A stretch of DNA of 61,908 nt, the filler included, from Dimargaris cristalligena (Eukaryota), in assembly GCA_003614675.1 (NCBI GenBank). It is 29 parts of 29 records of this genome, joined end to end, with 100 filler letters (N's around TTAATTAATTAA, not from the genome) between each part and the next. Parts side by side here need not be neighbours in the genome. Positions count along the whole stretch, not along the records: positions 49,276 to 51,301 come from ML004410.1; positions 51,402 to 53,426 come from ML004411.1; positions 53,527 to 55,550 come from ML004412.1; positions 55,651 to 57,671 come from ML004413.1; positions 57,772 to 59,790 come from ML004414.1; positions 59,891 to 61,908 come from ML004415.1; 23 more parts are not named here. One strand, 5' to 3'. Each line of letters opens with the position of its first letter. Within the stretch, counting starts at the first letter, position 1. Of this stretch, positions 49,176 to 61,839 are shown piece after piece. The position numbers and the translations under genes are program-made. The notes under the pieces are model-generated. The model had not been told where the DNA came from. It was given only the letters and a program-made list of their open reading frames with translations, and did not search any database.

Positions 49176-51401
49176 NNNNNNNNNNNNNNNNNNNNNNNNN
49201 NNNNNNNNNNNNNNNNNNNTTAATTAATTAANNNNNNNNNNNNNNNNNNNNNNNNNNNNNNNNNNNNNNNNNNNNAAGGGTCGGACCATTTGGCGTCAGC
49301 GGCTGCCTCTTGCACAATCATGGTATTGCTGATGCGCCTATAACAGACTGTAATATTATTTTTGGGAGAAATAGCCACACATAGCTGCTAAATATGAGCT
49401 TATTGGATCTGGCGGTCATGCTTGGATGTACATAAGATCTGTCCAATAAAGGGAGATGCTTTGTGAATAGGTAAGGTTACAGGAATTAGGGCTGGTATTT
49501 ATACCCCGGTGGCGGATGCTAGTATTGCCAATAATGACATGGCAGTGCCCTTGTCAGAAGGTGATGTGACCGGGGGCCTATGCAGCCAAGATAGTGGCCA
49601 GTCAGACACCCTGACTAGTTATAAATGACGAACAAATATACGCGTGGTAGTGGAACTAACATACGAAGTTCGCCATTATACAAAGCTACCTTAAGGCTCC
49701 TAGGCCAGCGGGGATGAACCCCATGCATGCCCGACATTATTGGCATCCATGCAATAGAGTATAATTCGACCATAAAAAGGGAGTTTGGCCAGAATAATAC
49801 TACTCCCATAATCTACTAGTGTCCCTAATGCTATTTTGTTCCTCCATCTTCTCATACTCGTTGTGCATTTCTAAATCAAAGCGCTCATTATATTCGAACA
49901 TTTATCACTACTGAAAAATGAAGGATTTTATTTGGAATAACAGTTTATAGTACTTTAGAATTTAGGTTATAATATAGCCAGATAAGCATAACATTAACAA
50001 TATAGGTTCTTTTGGAGCTGGACATCATATAGGTTAGGAATATAGAGCGATACAGCCCTTGGATTGTTAAGTTTCCTAGCCCCCCAAGGAATAATAATAA
50101 CGAGGCTGGGCGAGTGTAGATATCTTAGGAAGGTCGGTTTATTATTAACAGCCCAGATAGGGTACGAAGGTTACAGTAGCAAGTGTAGTAATGAAGGAGG
50201 TCGTGTAGGGCAATTGTCATCCGAGGACTTGTGTTTGGATTGACTAACTGTTCTTTTTATACTGGGGTAATTCAACAACCAACTAGGCGCAAATAGACTT
50301 AAATGGTACTCCCTGGGCAGTCTGTGTTATTCATACGGCCTGGTTGGGCCCGTCAGTACCCTTAAAGAGTCTCCAGGGTGTGTCGGGGATAAGGGCGGAG
50401 TGGATACCATTGGCGGCCTGGTTGGATGTCCGGCTACATATATTGCCTAGCTGGCATCCGATACCCCAGGTGCTACATTATTAACTGAAGCATGGTCAGT
50501 TCAGGGTAAAGTGAAGGGCTAGGGTTGCCAATTCGGAAGGATTCTGTCTAACACAGTGGTTGTAAGGGGTCCACCTGTTGCTCTCATGGAGACCCTGTTG
50601 CTGCTGTCTGTTGTATCACTCATTTTCGTGACACAAAGAGTTTCTTGATCTATTAATCAAATGTACATGGGATACAGGCAAGAGTGTAGGGAAGATACAG
50701 TATAAAATTAGATTAGTAAATATAATCAGTCTATCCAAGGATATAATTTCGACAGGATGGAATAAGCAAAGGCAACATAATGGAAAGTGGCTGTTACAGC
50801 TTCTTTGAAATTATGAGCCACCAACACATTACCACCACCAATGGTGGTTTCACAAGGCGAAAAAGTGGAATTCCCAAGAATATCCCTGTAATACGGTGAA
50901 CTGACTATCTGCAAAGTATATATAATCAGTGGCTCATTCCAATGACATAAAAGAAAACAACAATATATGAACAATTTATAATTTAAATGAGTGGCACAAC
51001 TTACCTTGCCAAATGCCCGCTTAATGGGCTTTACTATTGGTGATCGTGGATCGGCAACAGGATAGTCCCTGTGTACCCGATCCTGGTTTCTTGTAAACAT
51101 GTATTTAATAAAAGCCATTTTATAAGGATATTATGGCAGTGAGGGTTTTGGTTGAAGACCATAGTAGGTGGGGAAGTGGCCACTTTTATATCGAGTGGTG
51201 CAATTCACCACCCAGGCCAGTGCAACGGTCATCACAGGCTGGGTAAGGGTGATGCTATACTGAATAGCACCAAATGGACTCGCTGTAGGGTCAAGACAGC
51301 CNNNNNNNNNNNNNNNNNNNNNNNNNNNNNNNNNNNNNNNNNNNNTTAATTAATTAANNNNNNNNNNNNNNNNNNNNNNNNNNNNNNNNNNNNNNNNNNN
51401 N

Positions 51402-51520
51402 GGGATTACCCGACAACAGAACGGGACAAGCCCCTGTCTGATGCAGATAGGGGCTTGCCGATTGTACCAGCCACTGAATAATCCAAACCAAGGTGGTGCC
51501 TGCCAATGAGTAGGTTAAAT
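51402..51520 (+). ncRNA. Structured RNA / micro-ORF unit, 3' half (cut by the contig edge)
   Basis: Close paralog of 13755-13873(-). Hairpins at 51428-51456, 51471-51496 and 51499-51514. The flank 51520-52157 is homologous to 13100-13755. Confidence 0.55.
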
Positions 51521-53981
51521 CGGTACATTTAGTTTAGTTTACCTTATAATTTTGTATATAAAGTTGCTTTTCAATGTGGGAATCTACCCTATTTATATTG
51601 GCTGTTGTGTTTGATGAATTAATAAGGAGTTGAATATATATATGTTTTGGATGTAGAATGTAATAAAGAGAAATGCCAAGGCAATAAATCTAGACTGTTC
51701 TATAGTAATGATAATGCCATAGTGGCTGCGTGAAGGATATGTGGTCTTTGGATGAGGCCCTTTGTTAGTTTCAGTAGAAATTATTGAACTAGCTAGTTGA
51801 AAAAGCCATATTACCACTAGTAATACTGGGCTGGGTAGTGCAGTCCATTTGGTGGCAATTCCGGTATTTTCTAGACCATTTACGCTTTGTATTAGTCCTA
51901 TTGAAATGGTCTTCAGTATCAACCAGTATGTATCGTATTCCCCACTTTCTAATACAACTGTACAATGGGTGTACATTTGATACTTTTATACCAATGTTAT
52001 GCTGATTTTAGCTATACTCCAACTAGCAGCTACTCTTATGATTTGTGTGACCGGCCTGTGTTTATAAAAAAATACTTAATGGTGTCTTCCTATATTTCGA
52101 AGTAAGTCTCCGATTTGGTTCTATTATATAACAATGAATCCGTCTTGTGTAATAATTATACTGGTTGAAAATAGAAACTGCTCAATCTACCATCTATAAT
52201 TCAACGCAAATCTTATACAGCTGTGTTCAATTTCGCCCATATCAATTCATGGGTCGCATGGCAAAAATAGTAGTTGGTATTACCTAAAAATAGGCTTGTC
52301 CCGACTGTAAATTGGAAGACTTGCTTGGTGGGGCTGGTTTTGTTGGATATTGTTCAATTTCCCCCTAAGCTAACAATCCGGCGGAGACCTAAAGTGCTCT
52401 TTAGCTGTGGTGAAATACTCTTTCATATGTCGTTTTCACTAATAGATATCCATCAAATGGTCTAATGTGACTGAATCCTCGGAATATCCCGGATGTGCCT
52501 TAATATCCATATGATAGGGGTTCAACGCGGCTATATTACCAGAAATTTATTGTATGAGTCAAAAATCAATGGTTTATTTGAGGGTCCCTTATATTTGCCT
52601 CTACACATAACTTAAAGCCCTGGATAGTGGAGTAAAACTCTCCCATGTGTTTGACAGCCCTTTTTTACTATTATTAGTTAGTATATAGTAAACCAAATGG
52701 GCCTATTATTAGACACACATTGGTTGGGGTATAGGTAGGAAGTGTCTGTGATAGACCGTAAGTCACTAGAGGGTGGCCGACATTGCCTAGACAGCTAAAG
52801 TCCACCATGTCAAGGCAGACATCGCCTCACACAGAGCCCCTTTCATTAGTCTGCCCAACGGCCCACGTGCAGGTAAAGACAGTAGATTAATGTACGATTT
52901 CCTTATGGCATTATCTACCACCGGCACCACTATACAGTTGATTTGACATTTTGTATATATTCTTTGTACTTGGGGTAATCTGCGCTAGGCTTATACACTG
53001 GACTGGGACAATTTAAGTATCAACAAAGGGATTGCATGGCCCAATATCCTATCCACAGATATTAAAAATGAGTAGGTTGGAGGTGGTGGTGGTTTGGGTA
53101 GATTTATGAATTCGCTGTCACAAGCACAGGTAATATATCCTCTGGTTCATTAGTCGCATACTAACAGTCAGAAATCGCTCTAATTAGGGGGGCTACTTAT
53201 TAATAAAGCTTAGTGTAGGTGCAACCACCAACCAAGACCATTATGTTGGAATACTAAGGACTTAAGGGAAATAAAACTGGAAGAAAGGGAAGAAAGCAGC
53301 TAGAGGACAGTAGGTGCCTCTAGATGGTTAGTTTTATTGAACTGTAATTTTCTGTAGGGTGAAATATAAGGGGCCATATATTTTTATAAAGATCTAATAC
53401 AAGGCCAATCACAACAATAACTGCTGNNNNNNNNNNNNNNNNNNNNNNNNNNNNNNNNNNNNNNNNNNNNTTAATTAATTAANNNNNNNNNNNNNNNNNN
53501 NNNNNNNNNNNNNNNNNNNNNNNNNNAGGCAGTTTTGACACCAAGTATAAGTTTACCAGTCAGTTATTTTGATCCACCGGTCTTGTTCTATTCCTATCGT
53601 CCATTTGGCCTAAGCCCATTCATTGTGCCTTATCTGCCATACATTAGAAGGATCCCTGTGTGATCCCCGGTTGCCCTAGTTGTCCCTATCTGAAGATCAG
53701 ATAAGAATTGTCCCCGCCGAGTGTGTGTTTCCCTTAGTTAGTTTTTCCCACTAGACTAAGACTGCTCCAGTTGGCCCTGATAAGGTTATCAGGCTATATT
53801 ACCTTGTGGTATTAATTGCGACCACAACAATATCAAATTAACAAACTATTATCTAAAATAGTAAAGCAATAATGACATACAGAAACAGAAAATACAGAGG
53901 GTATTGAAAAACAGGTATGTATACTATGCTCATTGAATTGCTGTTTATAAAAAGTGAAGTTAGGCCTTAGTCCTCTGACTG

Positions 53982-54880
53982 CTATTTTTTCTTACAGAGT
54001 AAACCCACAGCCTTATTTTTAAGACTGGAGGTTATACTGGCAATCTTTTTAAAAGGGCTCATGTTGGCCCTCCTAATCTGACTTAATCTGGATATAATAA
54101 TCATCTGCCCTTATTAGGCCTTATAGTGCCATATTAACCTTTCCATGGTTGCCCCTAGTACTATGGGATCATCCTATATCACATAACTGTTCCCCTGCTG
54201 GACTCCATAGTTCACACTAATCATTCCCATGCTGATCTAACAACTCTTCCAGTTCCCAATAGAGTCTTCCAAGTCCTCATAGCCATCCAGTTGGCCTATT
54301 CATCATATCATTAGTCTTAGTAGTACCTTCCTCCAGGGATCTCCCCTTAGAGGTATCCCCTGCATATATATAACCAGCCCCCATTGGGACCAGTTTGAGT
54401 CCTCAGCTTATTCTGACCCCTTAGTTTACTCTAATAAATGCTATGTACACTCACTCCCCTTATCCCAACTAGTAAGTGTGCCTACTGCACAACCCTTATA
54501 TGTACCTGTATCCAGTAACCTTTATTAGCTAGTATCATGCCTTTACCTAATGCTAGGACCCACTTGGCTAAGTCTAAGCCCCATCCACCATTAGAAGCCT
54601 ATCCTCAGGACTCTTGATGGACTAAGAGTGGTAAGCCCAGGTGATAGCTCAAGATAAAATTCTTAACCTTTTGGGCTTTGCCTTTGGGGGTAGGAGCAGG
54701 GATAGCAGTGGGTGTAGAGATGTGGGGAGTTGTGTCAGATTTGCAAATGGGTGGGATGTCTATTTCACTGAACCTTGATTCTCTTGTAGGCTCCATTTTT
54801 ATGGCAGCAGAGTTGGTAGCCATTTGGCTGACAGTGACATTAACAAAGAGTAAAATGAATAGTATGAAAATAAGCTTCAT
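53982..54880 (-). pseudogene. Small secreted protein gene (~102 aa) interrupted by a solo LTR-A
   Basis: ATG at 54880 begins MKLIFILFILLFVNVTVS. Removing the LTR and one TSD rejoins the frame to TAG at 53984-53982. Confidence 0.6.
54062..54646 (+). mobile_element. Solo LTR family A with 5-bp TSD
   Basis: GCTCA at 54057-54061 and 54647-54651. Confidence 0.9.
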
Positions 54881-54897
54881 ATTTGAGTAATAGTGGG

Positions 54898-55245
54898 TGT
54901 CACCTGGGTTAACCACTCTTAGCCCATTAAGAGTCCTGAGAATAGGCTTCTAATGTTAGGCAGGGCTTAGGCTTGGCCAAGCAGGCTACTAGTGTCAAGT
55001 ATGGGACATGGTACTAACTAGTAAAGGCTAAGTGCAAGCATATACAAGGGATGTGCAGTGGGCACACTTACTAGTCAGTATAGGGGGAGTGAGGGTATAT
55101 AGAGTCTATTAGAGTAAACTAAGGGGTAAGAATAAGCTAAGGAATCTAACCAGCCCCAATGGGCCCAGTTATATATATAGAGACCACTTCAGAGGGAGGT
55201 CCTGGGGGAAGGATACTACTAAGACTATAGGGTAAGTAAATAGGC
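54898..55245 (-). mobile_element. LTR family A (partial, cut by LTR-C)
   Basis: TGTCACCTGGGTTAACC terminus. Confidence 0.8.
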
Positions 55246-55550
55246 TATGGTAAACTTACCACATTTATACCTACTTTTATTTTTTATCTATTTTTCATAC
55301 TTATTGGAAGTATGCTCCTGATGAGTGAATAAGCCCCTGCCCCTGACCGGACTGTACCCCTGCATTCACACTGCCCCTGGCCCAACTGTGCCCCTGTTCA
55401 AAGTACAGTTAAAAATAGCTTTCTCTTTTTCCTTTTTCCCCTTCTATTATTTCACATTGAATTTGTTGGTTACCTGAGTATTACCTATCCTTTGTAATAA
55501 CTAATATTATTGTCTGGGAACTCCCCTCCCTTTCCCTCTGCTTAGTCATC
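55246..55550 (+). mobile_element. LTR running from the family C 5' end into family B sequence
   Basis: Starts TATGGTAAACTTACCACA. 55512-55550 matches the reverse complement of 10645-10683 (family B interior). Confidence 0.6.
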
Positions 55551-55920
55551 NNNNNNNNNNNNNNNNNNNNNNNNNNNNNNNNNNNNNNNNNNNNTTAATT
55601 AATTAANNNNNNNNNNNNNNNNNNNNNNNNNNNNNNNNNNNNNNNNNNNNAACCCCCTCCCCTTCCATTATTCATACATCACTTAACTATACCACCTAAT
55701 TCCCCTAATAATCAAGCACTTGTCCCACTTAGGCCATTTGCTAAACCTTTGCTAATACTTCCTTATTTTAGTGCCATATTAATCTCCGGACCTGCTAACT
55801 CAAGTTAGTTTACATCCGGCGTGGCTACTGACTATTTGAGGGACTACCCCCCACTTAGTACTTTACACTAATCCACTCGGGGTTCGTTAGTTCGCTTTTT
55901 CACATTTTTAGTCACTCATC

Positions 55921-57671
55921 ATGGCCCGTATTTTACTCTGGGCCGCCGCTCTCGGCAACGTGGGTCTTCTGTTCGGGCTTGCTCAAGGTCAGGTATATGA
56001 CACCGTCAACTCTGACATCAACACCATCCCCAATTCCTACATTGCGCAGTTTCCTGGTGCACCAGGTTCCACCGAGGGAAATCAAGGTGCCACCAAGTTC
56101 CACGCCAAACTGAAGTCCGCCGGAATTCCGTACACTGTCGCATACAACTACAGCACTTTGCTTAACGGAGCGAGCATCCAGGTCGATGACGCCTATCTCG
56201 ATGTTCTCAGTAGCTTCACCGAAGCCTCCACCGTGTGGCCCATGCGTCTCTCGTCCCTGACGGAACCTACCGCTGACTTGTCCGCCCAGGCTATGGCTGG
56301 CTACCCGGCCCGTCGGATGGTCTCCCACGACTATACGGGAGTTACCCGGGCGTGGGCGGAGAAGGGTCTGACCGGCAATAATGTTAAAATTGGCATTCTG
56401 GACACGGGTATCGACTGGGCCCATCCCGCCTTCGGCAGTTGTTACAAGACCACCGGCTGCCGTATCCAGTACGGCTACGATTTTGTGGGCGACAACTTCA
56501 CCGGGTCCAACACTCCCCAGCCTGATGATGATCCCCGCGACCTCTGCGCCGCTCACGGTACCCATGTAGCCGGGATTCTCGGCGGAAACGATGGTGAATT
56601 CCGTGGGGTTGCCCCCAAGTCCATTTTGGGCATTTACCGCATCATGGGATGCAACGGACGCAGTAACACCGCTTTGATTATCCAGGGTCTCGAAAAGGCC
56701 TTCCTTGACGGCATGCAGGTTATCAACCTCTCCCTGGGCAATCCCAGTGGCTGGAACCAATGGGCTGAAGCGAGCGTGGTCCAAACCCTATTCGACAACC
56801 AGCGCTATGTGGTCGCTGGTGCCGGTAATGATGGTGCGGAGGGTATCTGGGCCCTTTCTTCCCCCGGTGTGGCCCCCCGTGCTATTACGGTGGGTGCGGC
56901 TGAAGTCCCCAAGATGTACTCGTTTTACCTGAACTCGACCGTCAGCGACAGTACCATCACGGTGGCCCGTTCGGCTTCCCAGTCCTTCCTGCGTCCGGTT
57001 GAAGTGGCCGGAGCAACCTTTCAACGCGGTCTCAACGCCGCCGGTGACGATTTGGCCTGCAGTGCCATCAACAGCGCCACCGGTGCCGTGGTCCTGGTCA
57101 AACGGGGTGGTTGTACCCTCTCCGACAAAGCCAAGAACGCCCTGGCTGCCGGAGCTGTGGCCATGGCGGTGTACAACGATGTCGCTGGCGAAATGGGCCT
57201 GGTGAACTATACTGAATACGTGGCACTCCCATCCTTCAGTTTGTCCCGCGCCGATGGTGCGAAACTGGTGACCCAGTTGAACGCTAGCAGCTCCGTAAAG
57301 ATTACTATTCCCAACGAAGTGCAGGTTTTTGACGTTAGCAACGCCTACACCGTCTCGTGGTACTCCTCTTGGGGCCCCGCCCCCGAAGGTTCCTTGAAGC
57401 CCGACTTACTGGCTCCCGGCACCAACATTTACTCGACCGTCCCTCTGAACCAGGGCAGCTACGGCCTCCAGTCCGGTACCTCCATGTCTACTGCCTACAT
57501 CTCGGGTGTGGTGGCCATTTTGATTGAGGCCGGCAAGAAGTTCGACGACTATTGGCTCATGTCCAGTCTGATTCATACCGCCACCCCGTTCCTGAACCGC
57601 CCCACTCGTTACACTTCTGTGGCCTCCCAGGGCTGTGGTTTAGTCAATGCCTTCAATGCCGTTACCGCCAC
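55921..57671 (+). CDS. Secreted subtilisin-like S8 protease with propeptide and PA domain (3'-truncated)
   Basis: Signal peptide. Catalytic triad in GILDTGID, HGTHVAG and SGTSMS, oxyanion AGNDG, PA motif VVLVKRGGC...KAKNALAAGA. Confidence 0.95.
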
Positions 57672-58427
57672 NNNNNNNNNNNNNNNNNNNNNNNNNNNNN
57701 NNNNNNNNNNNNNNNTTAATTAATTAANNNNNNNNNNNNNNNNNNNNNNNNNNNNNNNNNNNNNNNNNNNNTGGTATAAACTGGTTGATGGTGGAAGATA
57801 TCAGTAAAGAAACCATGGCAGTCAGTTCATCCGATTATACTAGATAGTAGAAAAGTGCACCCCCGGGGTCGTGGTATGTAGCATACTAATTGGTCAAAAC
57901 ATTTAGCTAAAGTATTTTGCCGGGGCTTAAACGGAGATATATATAAAACAGGGTATTCTACATCAGAAAGTCGGAAAGAAGATATTGGTATGTAGGGAGC
58001 TTGTAATTCCGGGCATCTTATTTAAAGAATACTAATCAAAAGTATCCCTGACTAAGAAAAACCTGGAGATTCCACGCCCTGGCTGGAACATACAATTTAA
58101 CCCAGTATTTCAAATGCTACTGTAGCCGTTTCAGTTAGCTTGTTAAATAATTTCCATCGACACAAACAAAGCCATCCATCCAAAGCCCTATCATTATCCA
58201 TATTGCCACAGTGGCATTATTATACATATTGAATCATCCAGTCTGATTTCCTTATTACCAGTCGTTTTCATAGACTTAATTATATCAGAATAATAGAAAT
58301 ATATTTATTAATACGGTATACTCAATAAATAGGCATCCCAATATAAAAAGGATGCCATATCCTGATACTTGCAGTTTCTTATATACATACCAATATAGAA
58401 GAAATACTAGTGCAAGCATCGGGCTTC

Positions 58428-58809
58428 ATTTAACCCGCACTTATGCAGGCACCTCCCAGTGCTTGTTCAACTGGAGGCTGGGACGTTGGCCTGACCCCGG
58501 TCAGCCTCGATAAGCTCGTACCTGGGGTCAAAGGCGGGGTAATCCCTCAGAATAAATGAGGGATACCCAAAACCACCCTGTTGGGGGTGGGTATCAATAA
58601 TTAGTCCCTGCATTATAGCAGGGATAGACCAAAGAATGGCCATTGAAAGGGGGGGGGGAGAGGAGAAAAAAGAGAGAGAGGGGTGGCAGGGAGAAGGTGA
58701 GGGAAATAGTGAAAAAAACGAAGGAATGGAGCAATTGGTTTGTGGAGTGTGCTCGACATTTGGTGTTAATGGTAAGATATTTTAGATAGCCGCTGGCTGC
58801 CTATTTATA
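58428..58809 (-). ncRNA. Candidate structured RNA / micro-ORF unit, diverged copy (6 hairpins)
   Basis: TATAAATA at 58809-58802, a CT-rich leader, AATGGCCATT at 58635-58644, then hairpins at 58605-58624, 58573-58590, 58538-58567, 58492-58530, 58452-58477 and 58434-58449. A 58-aa ORF spans 58643-58467. Confidence 0.6.
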
Positions 58810-59890
58810 ATCAGCCGGTGATTTTATTGATCAGATACTCCATCGGTACCTAACTATTTTTTCAATGTGGTCTGCAATCAGGTGTCTATGACAATACCTA
58901 AATGGGTCAATAATACCCTTGTCAGTGGTGTATATTAAGAATTGGCCATATAATGGCTATCATACCCTATTATTCCCTTTGCCTTTGTGTGAATGGCTTC
59001 ATGGATGTTTACTGTAATGTAAATATCTACAGGGCAATAATCAATATATTAGGGTTAGGAATAATAAATAGGTGTCTTATAACCTATGGCACCTAATCCT
59101 GGGAAAGGGCTATGGCCGAGGCTTTGGACTGGAGGCTTCTAAAAAATAAGATGCTCATGACGACAATACGGAAAATAATCTTGAATATCCAGGTGTGTTT
59201 TCTTACAAGGATGACCAGGCCTGCTATAATGGCTAGATCCTTCATTATTATCTGCTGTAAGCCTTATTTGGGGACATGAATCCACTAGTCAGCCATTGTA
59301 ACAGACCCAATGGCTTCAGTTAAACCTTTCCGGGCCTGTCTAACCACCGATCATATGCTCGCAGTATAGGTATAGCATAATCAAAGCCAGATACCACGCT
59401 CCCAATATGATGAATGAAGTTTCCTACTCTTCGGTGATTTATTAGAACAATGAACGGGCCAGGATATACTGGTGGCCACTTAACTTACAATCGGGATACC
59501 CCCTGTAAACTAAAGCACTGGTGGTTTGCATAAACACCAACGGGGGCATTTGGGGGTGGGGGATGACCAGCCTAAATGATGGTTGTGCCATACTTTCATG
59601 AAATGGATAGAAAAGCTGGTTTCCTGTAGTAATCTTCACACTACCATGGTCACCAGGACCAGTATTATTCATCTTATCTTCACTACTTTTGGGTAATACT
59701 AAGACATTGGTTGGGTCTATTAGTTGCAAGTTGGCCACCCTGGTCTGTTGCACCATTGCATTGGTGTCTACCTAGACTGTGGTGTACTTANNNNNNNNNN
59801 NNNNNNNNNNNNNNNNNNNNNNNNNNNNNNNNNNTTAATTAATTAANNNNNNNNNNNNNNNNNNNNNNNNNNNNNNNNNNNNNNNNNNNN

Positions 59891-59959
59891 GCCCCGCCTA
59901 CTGTTAGAAGCCTACCCCCGAGACTCTTGACGGACTAAGAGTGGTTAACTCGGGCGACA
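59891..59959 (+). mobile_element. Young LTR-A 3' end
   Basis: ...GAGTGGTTAACTCGGGCGACA with CpGs intact. Confidence 0.8.
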
Positions 59960-60136
59960 AGGAACATCTAATCTAAATAAATCCAGATAAATGAGATATA
60001 AATAAACACCTAGTTTATAAGTGGTCTTCCACATTATTCTGGGATCTTAATTAAATCTAACATCTATATCTTAGGATTGGGAATATACCAGTGAGGTACT
60101 GAATTAGGCAAAACTAGGTAAAAGTTTAGTTAGCAC

Positions 60137-60699
60137 TGTCAGCCCTCCTAATCCAACTTGATCCAGACCTAATAATTACCCATCCTATTTTCACCTTATA
60201 GCACCATATTGACCCTCCCATAGTCACCCCCAGTACTATGGGGTCATCCTTTATTATGTAACCCCACTCATTCAACCCCAACACTTTGCACTCCAAATAC
60301 TCAGCTTACCAATCCAAGACTCTTCCCAATGCAAAGCCATCCAGTCAGATTCTTTACTTATCCACACCTTAGTCATAGTAGTATTTCCCTTAGGACCTCC
60401 CTCTGGAGCCATCTCCGTGTATATATAACTAGGCCCTCCTGGGACTGGTTCAATTCCTCAGCTTATTCCTACCCCTTAGTTTACCCTAATAAACTGTATA
60501 TATGCTCACCCCCCTTGTACTAACTAGTAAGTGTGCCTGCTGCATGTCCCTAACATTTACCTGCATTCTCCTTTATTAGTTAGTACTACACCCCCATCCT
60601 AACACTAGTAGCCCACTTGGCCAAGTCTAAGCCCCACCTACCATTAGAAGCCTATTCTCAGGACTCTTAATAGACTAAGTGTAGTTAACCTGTGTGACA
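60137..60699 (+). mobile_element. Solo LTR family A
   Basis: TGTCAGCC...TGTGACA, with a 4/5 TSD match (AGCAC/AGTAC). Confidence 0.85.
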
Positions 60700-61839
60700 A
60701 GTACCTGAAACTAAGGTAACCAAAAGGGACTTTTGCTGAGTGCAAGGAAAAAGGAGAACAGAGAGTAAACTGAGTACTAGCTAATAGTCACCCAAAGCCA
60801 AGATGGTATTAGTATTCTACAAGGGGGTTAAAGGGATTAGATAACAATGTCTAGGAAGTAAGGGGATGGACAAGGGGTTTATTTATAGTTTTTATCAGAG
60901 GGGAAATATAGGAAGTATCAGAGGGAAATAATGGATTAGTCATTAACATGATGACTTATGCATGTGATAGAACTATAAACCAATTGGAATAGACTAAGCA
61001 CATGGAAAAGCTTAGCAGGAACAGAGAAACCAATCAGTGGGATAGTGGGCTGGTAGTTATGTAAAACATAGCCAGTGAAATGTAAAGACTAATCAGTGGG
61101 CTGGTGGTATATGGTTATGTAAAATATGGTCAATGAATGGGAAAAAGAGAGAAGGTGAGAGAAAAGAAAATGTAATATGGTGTAGGCACCACACTCTCCC
61201 TTCCTAAGAGAAGAATATATTCTTCAAAGGGGGTCTGGACATCTGTAGGCTGGTTTCATTCTTGATGAATGTATGGGTTTCCTAATGAGCTGGAGTCTAA
61301 TAGGGGTCAAGGTATATATATTCCAACTAAGCTGGGTTGCAATAGTGAATGGGCCTAACCACCTAGATTCAAAGGTATTGGCTGTGATATTCTTGACCAT
61401 AACTGAATTGCCTGGGCTATATACACAAATTTTGGGGTTGCCGGACCAGAATTTTGCCTTGAGGTTCTGATGGGCTGAGATTCTTACTTTGAGTACCTGG
61501 CTTCTGACTAACTGCAGATTCAAAAATTGGCCTGTGGGGTCTGGAAAATGGGAAGGGAAATTAATAATAGGTTCAATTTCTTTCAAGGTATTAGGGCCCC
61601 CTGGGAGTCTAGGTTTAACACTGTATAACAGAGTAAATGGAGTAAACTCAGTATTTCTGGACCTTTAGGACCTAATCATCAAGAGGGCAAATGGTAGGGC
61701 TGAGTCCCAGTTGAGTCTGGGTAAGCTAATGGACCTTCTGAGCAGTTCCTTGAGGGTCTGGTGGAACCTCTCTAGGTGTCTATTAGTCTGTGGGTGGTAG
61801 GCCAATGTCTTGAGATGGTAGATCTGTTGGTACTGGAGG
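60700..61839 (-). mobile_element. Degenerate Ty3 integrase C-terminus, PPT and 3' LTR (family F)
   Basis: AYHPQTNRHLERFHQTLK and RWLGPF. PPT AGGAAGGGAGAG at 61205-61194, then TGTGGTG at 61193. TATAAATA near 60885. Confidence 0.8.

Noticed and set aside
55318-55345. CTGATGA as a possible hammerhead ribozyme core (also near 2570 and 9681)
   Set aside because: No stem II followed by GAAA, and no closing stems.
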